From Octopus bimaculoides (taxonomy: Eukaryota), in contig NC_068984.1 in assembly GCF_001194135.2 (NCBI RefSeq), forward strand, positions 54,419,524-54,483,523: a stretch of DNA of 64,000 nucleotides, given 5' to 3'. Under the pieces are notes generated by a model, which was not told the DNA's origin, searched no databases, and was given only the letters and a program-made list of their open reading frames with translations. Position numbers and translations under genes: made by a program. Shown in pieces: positions 1 through 11,830 of this stretch (within the stretch, counting starts at the first letter, position 1; each line of letters begins with the position of its first letter).

Positions 1-24
1 TATATATATATATATATATATATA
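1..24. repeat. (TA)n microsatellite
   Basis: Pure TA run at the window start. Many similar TA/TG runs occur throughout and are not all listed. Confidence 0.95.
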
Positions 25-859
25 ACTTTAGAGTACTTGGGACGTATATGGTAAGAATAAGTAAAATAATTATCTTTTCAGCAGAGAGGAGCTTTTTAAA
101 TAAGGAATGGTGCTTAACTATGGTTTCATAGCATCATACAGATGAGAGAGAAACCTTCACAAGGATCACACAGCAGTTGATGACAGATAACACTCCAAGA
201 TGATCTAGTACCTATTTATATGAAGGAGATAAACTGAGACAAAGTAGAATGGAGTAATTTGTTTGTAGCAAAGCAAATTTTAACTCACAAGCTTTGAGCA
301 GGCAGTTCTCTTAAATTATGTCATACATATGGTATTACCATAAATTACTCACAAAGGCATTTTGTGAGAAACTTAGAGTGAAGTAAGAGAAAATAATACT
401 GATTGCAAACAAACAGATTTAAATGTAAATTTCTTGTTGATCAAACAACTGCAATCAATTACATCATATAAAGACTAATTTTGTTTTAATTTTTTTAAAG
501 TTAATTTTAAAGCTCTTAATTTTCACAATCTAATTTGTCTTATTAGGTAATGAGATAATGAATATAACTGTTGATTAAGTGTTAAGTCTAGAGGTTTATC
601 TAGTGGACATTTAACCTGTATATATTCTGGTTGAAGAGTACCAAATGAGCAGGATCACAAGTAATAGAATACTTAATGAGACTATTCCAGGCATGCACAA
701 TGGTTTGAGAGTAATCTGCTCCCATAGGTTTAATAAAGGGTTTGGTTCTAAATTTCAAGAGTGTTAACTGATGTGACAAGTACTTGAAGACCAGAAGGTA
801 CAATAGCCAAAATGTTCTAACTATGACAACCATGACGACGATAACAGACTAAATATATT

Positions 860-1445
860 CTTTTCTACTCCAAGCACAAGGCCCCAAATTTTTGGGGAGG
901 GGGCCAGTTGATTAGATTGGTCTCAGTACATAACTGGTATTTAATTTATCGACTCCTGAAAGGATGAATGGCAAAGTTGACCTTGGTGGAATTTGAACTC
1001 AGAACCTAAAGATAGACGAAATACTGCTAAGCATTTTGCCTGGCATGCTAATGTTTCTTATTTCTTTATTGCCCACAAGGGACTAAACATAGAGGGGACA
1101 AACAAGGACAGACAAAGGGATTAAGTCAATTACATTGACCCCCAGTGCATAACTGGTACTTAATTTATCGACCCCGAAAGGATAAAAGGTAAAGTTGACC
1201 TTGGTGGAATTTGAACTCAGAATGTAATGCAGACGAAATACCGCTAAACATTTCGCCAGGCATGCTAATGCTTCTGCCAGCTCGCCGCCTTTAAAAGCTA
1301 GAAAAATATTCTTTTCTACTCAAGGCACAAGGCCTGAAATTTTTTAGGAGGAGGGCTAGTCGATTAGATCGACCCCAGTATGCAATTGGTACTTAATTTA
1401 TCAATCCCCGAAAGGATGAAAAGCAAAGTCGAACTTGACAGACTA
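860..1445 (-). mobile_element. Cluster of three tRNA-derived SINE copies (family A), the last truncated
   Basis: Repeated unit ...ggtacttaatttatcgaccccgaaaggatgaaaggcaaagttgaccttggtggaatttgaactcagaa... The reverse complement carries A-box-like (tggcagaa) and B-box-like (gagttcaaattcc) motifs. The same unit recurs more than 20 times in the window. Confidence 0.85.
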
Positions 1446-1858
1446 AATATATTAGCGTATAAAAGTTGCTGCTTGGGTGGTGTTTTACTCGGATATAAAA
1501 GTACCTCTGACACAAAGAATAAAAAGCTTAAGCCAACAAGAAGCCTCTATATTGTTGCTCAATGTGCTAGAAACAGTAGCCGTATCTCTCTCAAATCACA
1601 CCTTACTATTTTAAAAAGAAAATGACACATTGAATAGTGTATCCCAGGATATATATAAAAAAAAGACTGAATGTCTTTGATCATAAATCAGCTCAAAGAT
1701 GATTTGGAATAAAAAACAACAAAAGTAAAAAAAAAATCTAGATTCAAATGTTAACAAAATAAAATATTGATGAGCTTAAAAATGTAAAGCCTTGTAAAAA
1801 GTTGAAAGAAAATCTATACTTGAAGAAATCAATATTTTAACAAATAAAGCCAGGTAAC

Positions 1859-2003
1859 CTGATTTTGATAAAATCTTCCTGGTTTTTTAAATACTTCACA
1901 CTCCATAGACTCTTCAGCAGACACATCCTCCTCTTGAGCATCATTAGGTTCCCAACAATTATCTACAAGTTGACGTATATTTTTAAGATAATCAAACCGA
2001 TTT
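1859..2003 (-). CDS. SNUPN: Snurportin-1, second coding exon (145 nt)
   Basis: Acceptor ttttttcag at 2004-2005 and donor CAG|GTTACC at 1858. Translates NRFDYLKNIRQLVDNCWEPNDAQEEDVSAEESMECEVFKKPGRFYQNQ, matching human snurportin KRLDYVNHARRLAEDDW...KKLPKHYANQ from memory. In frame with the upstream exon (CA+A = Gln). Confidence 0.92.
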
Positions 2004-2371
2004 CTGAAAAAAACAGGAAAAAAAATATGGTGACACAACTTCAAAATATTACAAAATGTACATTAGGTACGTATTTTAACTTCACCTAAACAACTTCCTC
2101 TAAATAGCTTGAAATTGTGAAATAAATACGTCATTGAAGTTTATTATGGTTAACAAACAGTTGCTGAGAAGAATCCATGAAATGGATCTTACACCAATGC
2201 CTGAGAAAGCCACTTGATTGATTAGCATTAAGTCACTTATAAAAGACTGATTGTTATTGACTTCCCAAAATGAGAAATAAGATATTTTGAACTTATTCAC
2301 TGCTACAATACTACTTTTGCAGGACATTGATAGTTTCTACACTTCTTTCTATTGAACAACGCGTTACTTAC

Positions 2372-2529
2372 TGTTTCTGTACTTGTAATATCCTCTGCCG
2401 TCGCTCATTTTGATCCAAAATATTCTTTCGGCATTTATATTGGCTGAGACGAGGGTGTACAGCATCAGTTGAATTGGGTTCAAATTTGACTTGAACAGTC
2501 TCAGCTAATTGTTCTGCAAGTTGTTCCAT
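2372..2529 (-). CDS. SNUPN: Snurportin-1, first coding exon (importin-beta-binding N-terminus); the exon extends as 5' UTR to 2569
   Basis: ATG at 2529. Translates MEQLAEQLAETVQVKFEPNSTDAVHPRLSQYKCRKNILDQNERRQRILQVQK, containing the snurportin signature HPRLSQYK...Q.ERR.R.L..QK. Perfect donor GTAAGT at 2371-2366 and acceptor ttttctatccag at 2570-2571. Absent from the ORF track because it is under 60 aa. Confidence 0.93.
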
Positions 2530-2708
2530 TTCTTTTAAGTGCAATAGTATTGGGTCCTGATGAAATAAACTGGATAGAAAATACTACCAACATAAATTAG
2601 ACAGAAAATAAATAATTTTTCCTTTTATTTTGTTAGTTTTGTTTTTATATATTTTCAATACTATATTTACTATTTTGTTGCAAATATCTTGATATATATG
2701 CATATTGC

Positions 2709-2740
<32 letters not shown>

Positions 2741-2746
<6 letters not shown>

Positions 2747-2925
2747 CATTTAACGTCCGCTTTCCATGCTAGCATGGGTTGGACGATTTGACTGGGGACT
2801 GGCGAACCAGATGGCTACACCAGACTCCAATCTGATCTGGCAGAGTTTCTACAGCTGGATGCCCTTCCTAACGCTAACCACTCTGAGAGTGTAGTGGGTG
2901 CTTTTTACGTGCCACTGGCAGTGAT
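2741..2925 (-). mobile_element. Short element carrying the RTE LINE 3' tail
   Basis: Reverse complement reads ...ggttagcgttaggaagggcatccagctgtagaaac...gcatggaaagcggacgttaaatgatgatg, the same tail as the RTE LINE at 38860-39052. Confidence 0.75.
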
Positions 2926-3051
2926 CCTGCTCGGATGGTGCTGTTAGCGCTCCACTGGCACGGGTGCCCGTCATCGAATTAGGTTCAGTTTCAATCTCAC
3001 TTGCCTCAACTTGGCTACACCCTTGGTAAAGGCCATGGGTTATATATATAT

Positions 3052-3335
3052 ATCATCATCATCATCGTTTAACGTCCACTTTCCATGCTAGCATGGGTTG
3101 GACGATTTGACTGAGGACTGGTGAAACCGGATGGCAACACCAGGCTCCAATCTAAATTTGGCAGAGTTTCTACAGCTGGATGCCCTTCCTAACGCCAACC
3201 ACTCAGAGAGTGTAGTAGGTGCTTTTACGTGTCACCTGCACGAAGGCCAGTCAGGCGATATTGGCAACGGCCACGCTCGAAATGGTGTCTTTTATGTGCC
3301 ACCCGCACAAGAGCCAGTCCAGGGGCACTGGCAAC
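3052..3335 (-). mobile_element. Short element carrying the RTE LINE 3' tail
   Basis: Near-identical to the + strand copy at 36676-36930, with a (GAT)n tail. Confidence 0.8.
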
Positions 3336-4198
3336 GATCTATATATATATATATATATATAATGAGGGCACATTGTATTGTCTAGTGGTAGGATGTTGCA
3401 CTCACAATGTTGACATTGTGGTTTGAATTCCTGAAATGAGTGTTATTGTGTTGTGTTCTTGAGCAAAACATTTCATTTCATGTCATTCCAGGATCACATT
3501 GACAGCAAGCTTACGGGACATTGCGCACAGGCAACGTCAATTTGATGGAGCAAATGTGCAGACAAACATTTGATCACTATGAACTATAGTGATGATGAGC
3601 CAGCCATGTCTTATGTGGCCACTTCTTAAAAACGGTTGCTCATGCCTGGTCTATGTTGTCCAAAAATTAACATCAACTAATCTTATTGGAGATATCTCCT
3701 TTGCTTTTTTTTTCAAATTTTTTTTTTAAACACACCCTACTACGGTTTTTTTAAAATTTTGTTTCCAAATTTTTTGGATAATCTCAGTTGATTGAAAATT
3801 TTCCCCTCACTTATATCGATCGTAGTAAGTTATGAGGAAAAAAACTTGAAAGAGGTGCAGCATGTAGACCGAATCTTTACTTTGTAGTTTCTTCAGTGAG
3901 AAGTCATTAACGAAGTTTTCACAAATTACAAATGAATTACGTAGTCTAATACAAATCTAGACCATTGAAGGAAATTACATAAATTGTGGAAAAAAAAAAA
4001 GGGACAACACACTGTTCGTGTTCTTTTAGTCTTGCACAAACACAGTAGAAAGGTTACTGCAAAACAAAAAGTTTAGGCTATGCAAAGTATCCCAGTTGCT
4101 ATTTTTCAGAGTTCCATGAAGGATTTCGTTTTTTATACAACAAAAATCTGATGGAGTTGGTACTGGACTGGACCAAACAATACTATCATTGCTATATA

Positions 4199-5079
4199 TC
4201 AGTTTGGTAAGAAAGTTCTTGGACACTTTTAACATACCACTTTATTAATAATTAAAAAGACAACAAAGAACAATCAATCTAAAAGTAATCACCATCGTTA
4301 TTGATCACCTTTTGCCATCTTTCAGGCAAAGTTTTGAATCCTTTCATCCAGAAATTGCGTGGTTTTGAATCAATAAAGTCGTAAAGGAACGATTTCACAT
4401 CATCATCGTTTTCGAACTCTGTATCGCCAATCGCGCATTGCAAAGCAGAGAATAAATGGTAGTCAGAAGGGGCAAGGTCAGGAGAATACGGTAGGTACAC
4501 CATAATCTCTCAGCCAGCCTCCTTCGGCTTCTCTGACGTCTTAATTGCACAATGTGCTGGCGCGTTGTCTTGGTGGTAAATTATCTGCCTCAAATTTGAG
4601 CGTTTTTCAGCCAGCGAGATCTTTAGACAGTCAATTTGTTCGCAGTCAACGGTGGTATTGCTTGGGAGAAGATCCAACATGATCACACCACGGCAATCCC
4701 ACCAAACTGAGATCATAACCTTCTTTTGCACAAGCGGTCCTTTTGGTGAAGCTTTTGGCTGTTGACCTTTACTACACCAGGATCGTCTGCGCCTCACGTC
4801 GGAGTACAGTAGCCACTTTTCATCCATGTGATTACTGACTCCAACCAATCGAATCTTCGGTTTCGCTAGAGCAGACTTTGACATACAGTGACACGTGCTT
4901 GTTGTTTGTTAGCTTCAGTCAATTCATGTGGCACCTATTTTCCAAGCTTGCTGACCTTGCCGAGACGATGCAGGTGGTTGATGATCGTGACATGGGAGAC
5001 GCCAAACCGTACAGCAAGTTGACGTGCAGTTTGCATTGGATCGGCAACAATGACTTGTCCAAGAACTTCCTAACCAATG
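4199..5079 (-). mobile_element. Internally deleted mariner (DD34D) transposon
   Basis: Fragments DEKWLLY...KKVMISVWWD, YHQDNAPAH and YSPDLAPSDYHLF. TIR-like ends tcagtttggtaagaaagttcttggac (4199) and gtccaagaacttcctaaccaatg (about 5056-5079), flanked by TA. The N-terminal DNA-binding region is missing. Confidence 0.88.
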
Positions 5080-5083
5080 TAAT

Positions 5084-5324
5084 GGTACTACTAAAGCAGC
5101 ACGGTCCCGAACGCGCAGTCGCGTTTCCGCGCCAGCTAGTCTTGAGTGGTCGATCCTAACCCCAACCCTATCCGCAACACTAACCCTAACCCTAAACACG
5201 TATTCATTTGCACACGCGGGTTAGGGATAGGGTTAGGGATCGGGTTAGGGTTAGGGACAGGGCTAGGATCGACCACTCACGACTAGCTAGCGCGACTGCG
5301 CGACCGTGCTGCTTTAGTAGTACC
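5084..5324. mobile_element. Foldback/MITE with inverted telomere-like repeats
   Basis: Perfect 23-bp terminal inverted repeat ggtactactaaagcagcacggtc plus further imperfect pairing. The interior has CCCTAA-like units on the left and TTAGGG-like units on the right. Confidence 0.85.
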
Positions 5325-5799
5325 TATATATATATATATATATACACACAAGTTTTTTTATACAATTACATTCAGATAGTTAAAATTCGAAGAAAACTGT
5401 TAACTGTACAGGCATACCTACACAAGTGTACCTCTCTCTCGAGTTTATTTCCGCATAACTTACTGTAAAATGAGCACTTTCACTTCTGACAGCTAATAGC
5501 ATGACAGTGCCTTTTTTTTCTAATGAATCTTTCAGATGATATTGTTTCTAATTATATTGAAATTTCATGTGGAAAAAGGGGGAAAAAATGATGGGCGCGC
5601 GTACATCACAGAGATATCTACGAAATGAAGCTTGAAATTTTGAAAAACTTTTGATTAAATTCTGATATAATTGTAATCTACACCATTTGAAAGGTATTTC
5701 TTGAAAATGTTCATTCAAAAAATAACCATTTTCTGAAAGTTATAAGAAAGCATATTCTAGAGGTTGGGGGAGGGGGGAAACTCGTATAGGCATGCCAAT

Positions 5800-6340
5800 A
5801 TATATGCTTGAAGAATTGCTTCGTTAACGAATTTCGTGACGTTCATGGCTGAATTGTTCTGTCAGTCTGGTTACTGTTTGTATGTTTTTGTCCCGAGAAA
5901 GGTTATCCTTCCTAAACAATGTCAATGAAATGTCCTTCTAAGGAGACCACATTGTTTATTTTCATTTTCGATGTCGCTTCTATACGCTTGACAATTTAAA
6001 ATTAAAACTGTTAATGCAAATATCAATTCACACACATAAAAAGCATCATTAAAGTATTTATCTTGATACAAAAAAAAAACAATCTTTAGAAACGTTTGGA
6101 TCAGTAGTTATACCAAAAGACTTACTCGAAACGTAAATAGTGTCCTCTCTAATGTAAACGTTCCAACACAACTCGCATGTCGACCATGACACAAACGAAA
6201 GAGATCGCCATCAAGGTAGGTAACTCCTATTTTAGTAGCATGTGTCTTCTTTTCTCTACATATTTCGCGCGCTCTCTGGTGTCTCTGTTGTGTCTGTGTA
6301 CATAAAATGCGCAAAAACCTATTTTGTAAATATTTCACAT
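5800..6340. promoter_or_regulatory. Probable bidirectional promoter region with the SNUPN non-coding first exon (donor at 6125, minus strand)
   Basis: CpG-retaining unique sequence. Minus-strand donor CGA|GTAAGT at 6125-6120, + strand donor AAG|GTAGGT at 6216-6221, and an ATGGCG motif on the minus strand. Confidence 0.5.
6177..6215 (+). CDS. Candidate first coding exon or uORF start of a + strand transcript (MSTMTQTKEIAIK)
   Basis: ATG after an in-frame TAA, 13 codons, ending in phase 0 at a consensus donor AAG|GTAGGT. Protein not recognised. Confidence 0.4.
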
Positions 6341-6519
6341 AGTTATCTCTGTTACTGACTCTATTTTTGTGTTTATATATATATATATATACATTTATCT
6401 TATTTACTTTTGTTACTTGACGTGTGTTTTACCTAAAAGTTGTTTACTTTTAAGTGAATGTGAGTGGATAAGAGAATAAATGAGAGAGAGAGAGAGAGAT
6501 TATTAGTGAAATGTTTGCC

Positions 6520-8887
6520 ACAGTTCCCATATGCTCAAACTGAATCGTCTACTATTTTGCTTCCTGTACGTGTTCCTCTGACCACTCTGTCCCGCTCTCT
6601 CCGGAAGGCGGGCTTGGCATGCTGTGGCTGTTGGTAGCCAAAACTTGCGCTGAAGCTGCTTCACCTGCAGATTATCCTAGACGCTGAGTTAGTGTTCTCC
6701 GTTTGTAAAATACCTTTCTGCAGCTCGTCTCTTGACGGAGCTGTAGACCTCAATCAAATAGCGATTGAGGTTTTGGCGCCAGGCATTTAGAATGTTGTCA
6801 AGCGCACACTGCTCTTTACCAGTCGGGCAATGCGGTGGGTGGAAGTTCTATGATAGCAATATATAACTATCTTGCGGTGGATAAGAGCGATGATGTTCTC
6901 GAGAAAACTTAAGGTATCGACGAGGACGAATTAACTGGTCAGTTTTGGAAGACATTCGACCCGGAGATTACCATAGATAACTTCCAGAAAACTCTCGCCA
7001 AGTAGGGCTACCGATGACCTCTGCCGGTTCGAGATAAACTTAAGTGGCACGGAAATTCGGTAATTTTTCAGATTAACGCCCGCACGATTACCTCACCCTA
7101 ACCCTAACACCCTAACCCTGACCCTAAAACCGTAACCTTAACACTAACCGTAACCCTAACCCTGACCCTAAAACCCTAACACCCTAGTGAAAATCGTGCG
7201 GGTGTTAATCTGAAAAATTACCGGAAATTCTGCCTGGTGGCACTGTCCGAGTTATAAGCAGAGCGACGAAACCGAACTGCATGCACTCGTGTCACACCCG
7301 AGTATTGCTGACTTGTGCAGTTATGTTGAACAGCTGTTGTCGCTGTTGACCGAGTCCGTCGTGATGATCGCTCCTCCACCCAAATTTAACAATGCAGTGC
7401 AGGTGGTGCTCCTCTGTCAAATGATTTTGGGGAAAGAGGTTGCATAGTGGACGAGGCCGAAAGGATTGAAAACAAACACTGTTGCCTTTGATCAAACAAA
7501 AAAACAAGCGAAAACATTTAAACGAGATTGAAAGAGATGTTAACAGAAAGGGAATTTGCAGATATGGGAAACTGGGAGGGGTGAGGAATACCGTGGAACA
7601 GATAGATGCCTACACTAACGAAATTAGGCGGCTCGGTCCAGCAGGATTTGTGAGAGAAGGGTTTGAGAAATTTCTCTCAAAAGAGGAAAAAGCTAGAGAG
7701 ACTAGTGAAACTTGTATTTTTAACCGATTTCTCGGATCGTATTTCAATAGTTGCTTTGTATAGGACACCATAACTGGATTGTTCATACGACACAGGACTT
7801 TGAGAGAGCCGGCGGAATGGGTAAGAATGACAAAACGCAGATGGTGAGGAACCAAGAGAAAGCAGTGAGAAAGTATAAACATTTAACGGGCAGTGTCTTA
7901 AGACCGCACATGGTTAAAGACTGCAGTGGATGTGAGGCCTGAAATCATGTGTTATTGGTGTAAGTCAAGCGGGTCAACTAGCAAAGTGCTACAACCACAG
8001 AAACAGGTAAACGAGCGTTATTTACACCTTCAACTCACTTAGACCGTTCAACGCTTCTTGCCAACAGTGAGGATGATAATAGGTGTAAGTGTGGCGGGTA
8101 CCTCCTCGATACTGGTTGCAGTATTAAATTTGTCATCCAGGGATCGGTTGCAGGGAGGAGAGGGGAAAAGCAAGATAAAGACGGTAGACAGAAGGAAGAC
8201 CGCATGCAGATACACAAGGTGAAACCAAAGGTAGATTAGGCACCGTCGGAACGCCAAGTAATCGCGAGAAATCATATTTCGAAAGTGTTGACACGGGGTA
8301 ATAAGAAACCTTAGCAAAATTTTGGTTTGAAGGCACGAAAATAAAGTCGTTCTTACTTAGACTTGTATTTGGGTACCGTCAGTAGATTGTTCAATTGTTA
8401 ACCTGTTGTCACGACCTCTCTTCGCCACGTCTCGCCTCTATCGCTGACAGCATGAAAAAGTGGGAAACTTTTCTTTTCACTTGCCGAGGTGATGTTATCT
8501 CTCCCCACTTTCGGCCTTCCTTCCACCACACGCCCCTCTGATCTAAAAATCACTGCTCCCCTGTTCTGTCTCGTAATCGTCCATCCACCAGGGGTGGGGA
8601 GGCGACGTTCCCTTTGAGATCTCTATAGGGTCACGGGGGCTGCCTTCCCCTCCCCTTCGTCATCGGAAGAGCTAACGCGTCCTTCAGCCGCTCTTCAGGT
8701 TTTTCCGCCTCATCCATCTCCAGATAGAGATTTAGCGCACTGCCTTCTAAGTACAACGGCATAAGGCTAACCACATTTATTCCCTGCAGTTTTCCACGAG
8801 CCTCACCTTCTTTATTCAGGCCACCATAGCACCTTCCCCAGTGAAAAGTCTCAACACATCACTACCGATTCTGATTTTTGTGGTCAT
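6520..8887 (-). mobile_element. Heavily degenerate Gypsy LTR retrotransposon internal region
   Basis: From ATG at 8887: MTTKIRIGSDVLRLFTGEGAMVA*IKKVRLV...SLMPLYLEGSALNLYLEMDE, resembling invertebrate Gypsy gag N-termini. Only weak pol-like remnants (LTPPSFPYLQIPFLLT) follow. The lower boundary is uncertain. Confidence 0.6.
7059..7222. mobile_element. MITE with 31-bp TIRs, 8-bp TSD and a telomere-like (CCCTAA)n core
   Basis: TIR ggtaatttttcagattaac(g/a)cccgcacgatt with 1 mismatch. Direct repeat GGAAATTC at 7051-7058 and 7223-7230. Confidence 0.85.
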
Positions 8888-8888
8888 T

Positions 8889-8890
<2 letters not shown>

Positions 8891-8936
<46 letters not shown>
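8891..8936 (+). repeat. 46-nt poly(A) run
   Basis: Uninterrupted A tract 3 bp from the Gypsy gag ATG. Confidence 0.95.
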
Positions 8937-8940
<4 letters not shown>

Positions 8941-10689
8941 AAAGCAAGGAAAAACAAGAGCAATAGGAAAATATTAAAAAATCCACTTCTCGAACGTATC
9001 TTCACAGCTGGTAAGAAAGGTTCCAATCAATTATTTACAACCTTTGGTCATTACACTATATACATATACAACGCCGGCTCAAGGTACCAGCAACTCGGGC
9101 AGTCACCCAGAACGCCATGTGCTAGGGGGTGCCAAGGAGGGCGTGACAAAGACAAGGAAATTTTCACGGTCATCAGCTTCTGAGGCGCCAACAACCCTAA
9201 GGCCGGGCCTGGGCATATATGAGTTCGACTGTTGATGGTTCATTTCTTTCATCAACTAAAATTAAATTTTAAAAGTATAATCAATGACGTAATACAATGA
9301 GAGATTCCTGTTTATATTTCCAACCATAAATCGGCAATTCATCTGAAATTATACCTATCAACAAGTGTTGAGTATCGCTTGTCCTAACTGGCTTCAATCA
9401 ATTGATTTGATTATTTTTCTCAGTTGTACAATAAAGGGAAAAGCTTTCTTTGTTATCCGCATTTGGCATCACGTATCTAGGTCCTCATTACACGAAAATA
9501 TATCAACAACCTCATACATGTTGTTTATAAAATGTTGATATATTTCCTGAGTTTGTTGTCTATTTCATCTTTCATACACAACAAAGACTGTCGGTAAAAC
9601 TATTGGAGGTTATTGATTATTACACTAGAGTCTTTTATACTTATCAGACTGTTGGTTCTTCTAGATAAGACTGAAAACATTGTTTTATCATTAACCTTGT
9701 ACCGTTCGGTAATTCTTCTATCGTAAATGTTTCTTTTAAAATCTGATTCTTTGCCAAATAGTGGTAACTTGACTGTTTTTAAACCCAAAAGAATCAGCAA
9801 TTGCTCTTCTTAGTATACATCAGTGTAGTTAAGAAATATAAGCATATTATTTTCAAACTAGAAATATAATCGAATTCTTTGCGTTTCCTGACGACATTAG
9901 GATAATCTGTACCAAAATCTTATGATGAACTTCATGGTTGCTCAAGTCAACAAAATTTCAGAAAGAAATTTCAAAGATATTAACATGTTGCAATACAATC
10001 CTAAATAGTAATTACAGATTATTAGGCAGAATGCCAATTCAGATGTTCAGTAACCAACTAACGAAAAAGAGCTTCTATTACGGCAGCTCTCATCTGTCTT
10101 GTCACACAAGGCAAAACAGAAAAAAAAAAAAACGATAATGTTTTGTAATAGTTATTTGAACAAGATGATAACACGTCAGTAATAAGATGATATCACGTCA
10201 GTAACAAGCTGATATCACCTTAAAGGACAAAGGACAAAATTCAACATAGATTTTCGCTCACCGCTTGCCCTAACCACTGGGCCATTGCACCTCCACTAAC
10301 CAAATTGGTACAGTATTTTTAAATCGTATTAGTGAGGATAAGTTCGCTTTTATCATTAAGTATCGCATTTGTCGTTCATCTCAAATCACACGTTTATACA
10401 TTATTATAAAAAGTTTATTCTTTTTCGAATCCTAAAGACGCTGTTATTTTTCTAATTTTTTTCAGTGTCAAACGGATGAGAGATAACTATACCCTTGAAT
10501 AGGATGATGGTGTGCTGTAAGGGGATATATTTTTTCTCTCCCCGAGTTGTTGGCAACGGCAAGCTAAAAATCCGTCCCCATTGAGAAAACCTATGACCAA
10601 AAGCATTTCAGATGTGACCATCTCGTCTTTTTTGCATATCTAATACTACATTATCTAATGTATTTCTCTACTTTCCGGATCTAGGGGAA

Positions 10690-11830
10690 GGTAAAGAGCC
10701 GTTAATTTTCATAGACCATAGTCACTACCTTTTCTGCTTGAACTGTTGCAAGTTGACACCCGCAGGGAAGACATAGGCAAGGAAGGATTCCAAAGAGACG
10801 ATGTTCTGAGGTAAAATGAAGAGACAGTGTGGTTAGTGCAGGGCTTGTGAGGTTGGACACAATACGGGTGATAGAAAACGAATGAGTCGGGAGTACCTAA
10901 ATGGAGATGAAATGAAACTATCTCTAAGGTGCAGAAGCCATTACAGTACCGGAAGGAAAGGCAGAGTCAGGAGAGAGAGCGTCTGTAAGCCAGGGGCTGA
11001 GGCGTGTGTGTGAGTGACTTTACCTATCAGTCGAGTGACCTTTCTTTGGAAGCAGTCTTAAGATACCTGTATGTGTAGCAGTACCACCGACACAAATGTC
11101 CTCCACTGTTGGTCTCGCCCGAGCTTCGTAAAGTTTCAATAATTTCTGCCCTTGAAGAGAAAAGTCAGAGCGATAGGAAGTAGTCGGAACGATGTTGAGC
11201 GTGTGCTTTCGCCTCGAGAGACAGTGACAGCTAACATTAGAAAGCGATTGTGAAGGCTCGAGGTGCGTGCTGTTAATGTTTCGAGAATGTGTGGCGCCAT
11301 GATATCTAATTGATATAAAAAGCATCTAATGTTTCTTGGCTGTTGAAAGAAATAAAATTAGCATGTTTCCTTCAACGGATACTTCCAAGGTTCCTGTTTA
11401 TATTATCAGTGCAGGCTTGGCACGTGACATCTTGATTGCGCATGGATGGTGTATGGCTAGAGTAGATTAGAAGAGAATGAAGAGTGATATCATCAGTTGA
11501 GGATGAACTTTGTTGAACACGACAGTAGAAAAGTTGTTGATGAGCAGCAAGAAACGAATAGGAGAAATCTGAAGCCTGGAACACATCACATTGATAGAGT
11601 AAGAGACAGAAAATGTCTGTTAAACACCACGAAAGCGCGATTTGCGAATTCAATAAAAGCCTCCGTTCTAAGAGAGGAAAGACGACTGAAAGCTATATGG
11701 AATAGGATATTGGCACGTCGAATATGGCTTTGCTGATATTGAGGATAACAACATAGATTTCGCCGAATTTCTCTAAGGTGTAACAGCAGCACTGTCACAC
11801 TGATGAATGACATAACAGGTTAAACGATAA
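10690..11830 (-). mobile_element. Degenerate CR1/Jockey-type LINE 3' fragment (RT and C-terminus)
   Basis: Remnants VILNISKA(I)FD, ISPIRFLLLINNF, TDDITLHS, LKLYEARARPTVE and RTSSLWN, in the expected RT order. Confidence 0.75.

Noticed and set aside
600-833. ORF as the next SNUPN exon
   Set aside because: No frame resembles the expected LMLSEWL..VP.DL continuation. The remaining exons probably lie left of the window.
6177-6215. MSTMTQTKEIAIK as the start of Rab23 or a kinase VAIK motif
   Set aside because: Only a 4-5 residue resemblance, and I found no matching GTPase or kinase exon downstream.
6100-6500. 3' LTR of the minus-strand Gypsy relic
   Set aside because: There is no second LTR or clear termini. 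The opposed splice donors and the position upstream of SNUPN fit a host promoter better.
9066-9212. Harbinger/hAT-like MITE
   Set aside because: The terminal inverted match is only about 10 of 16 and there is no clear TSD.
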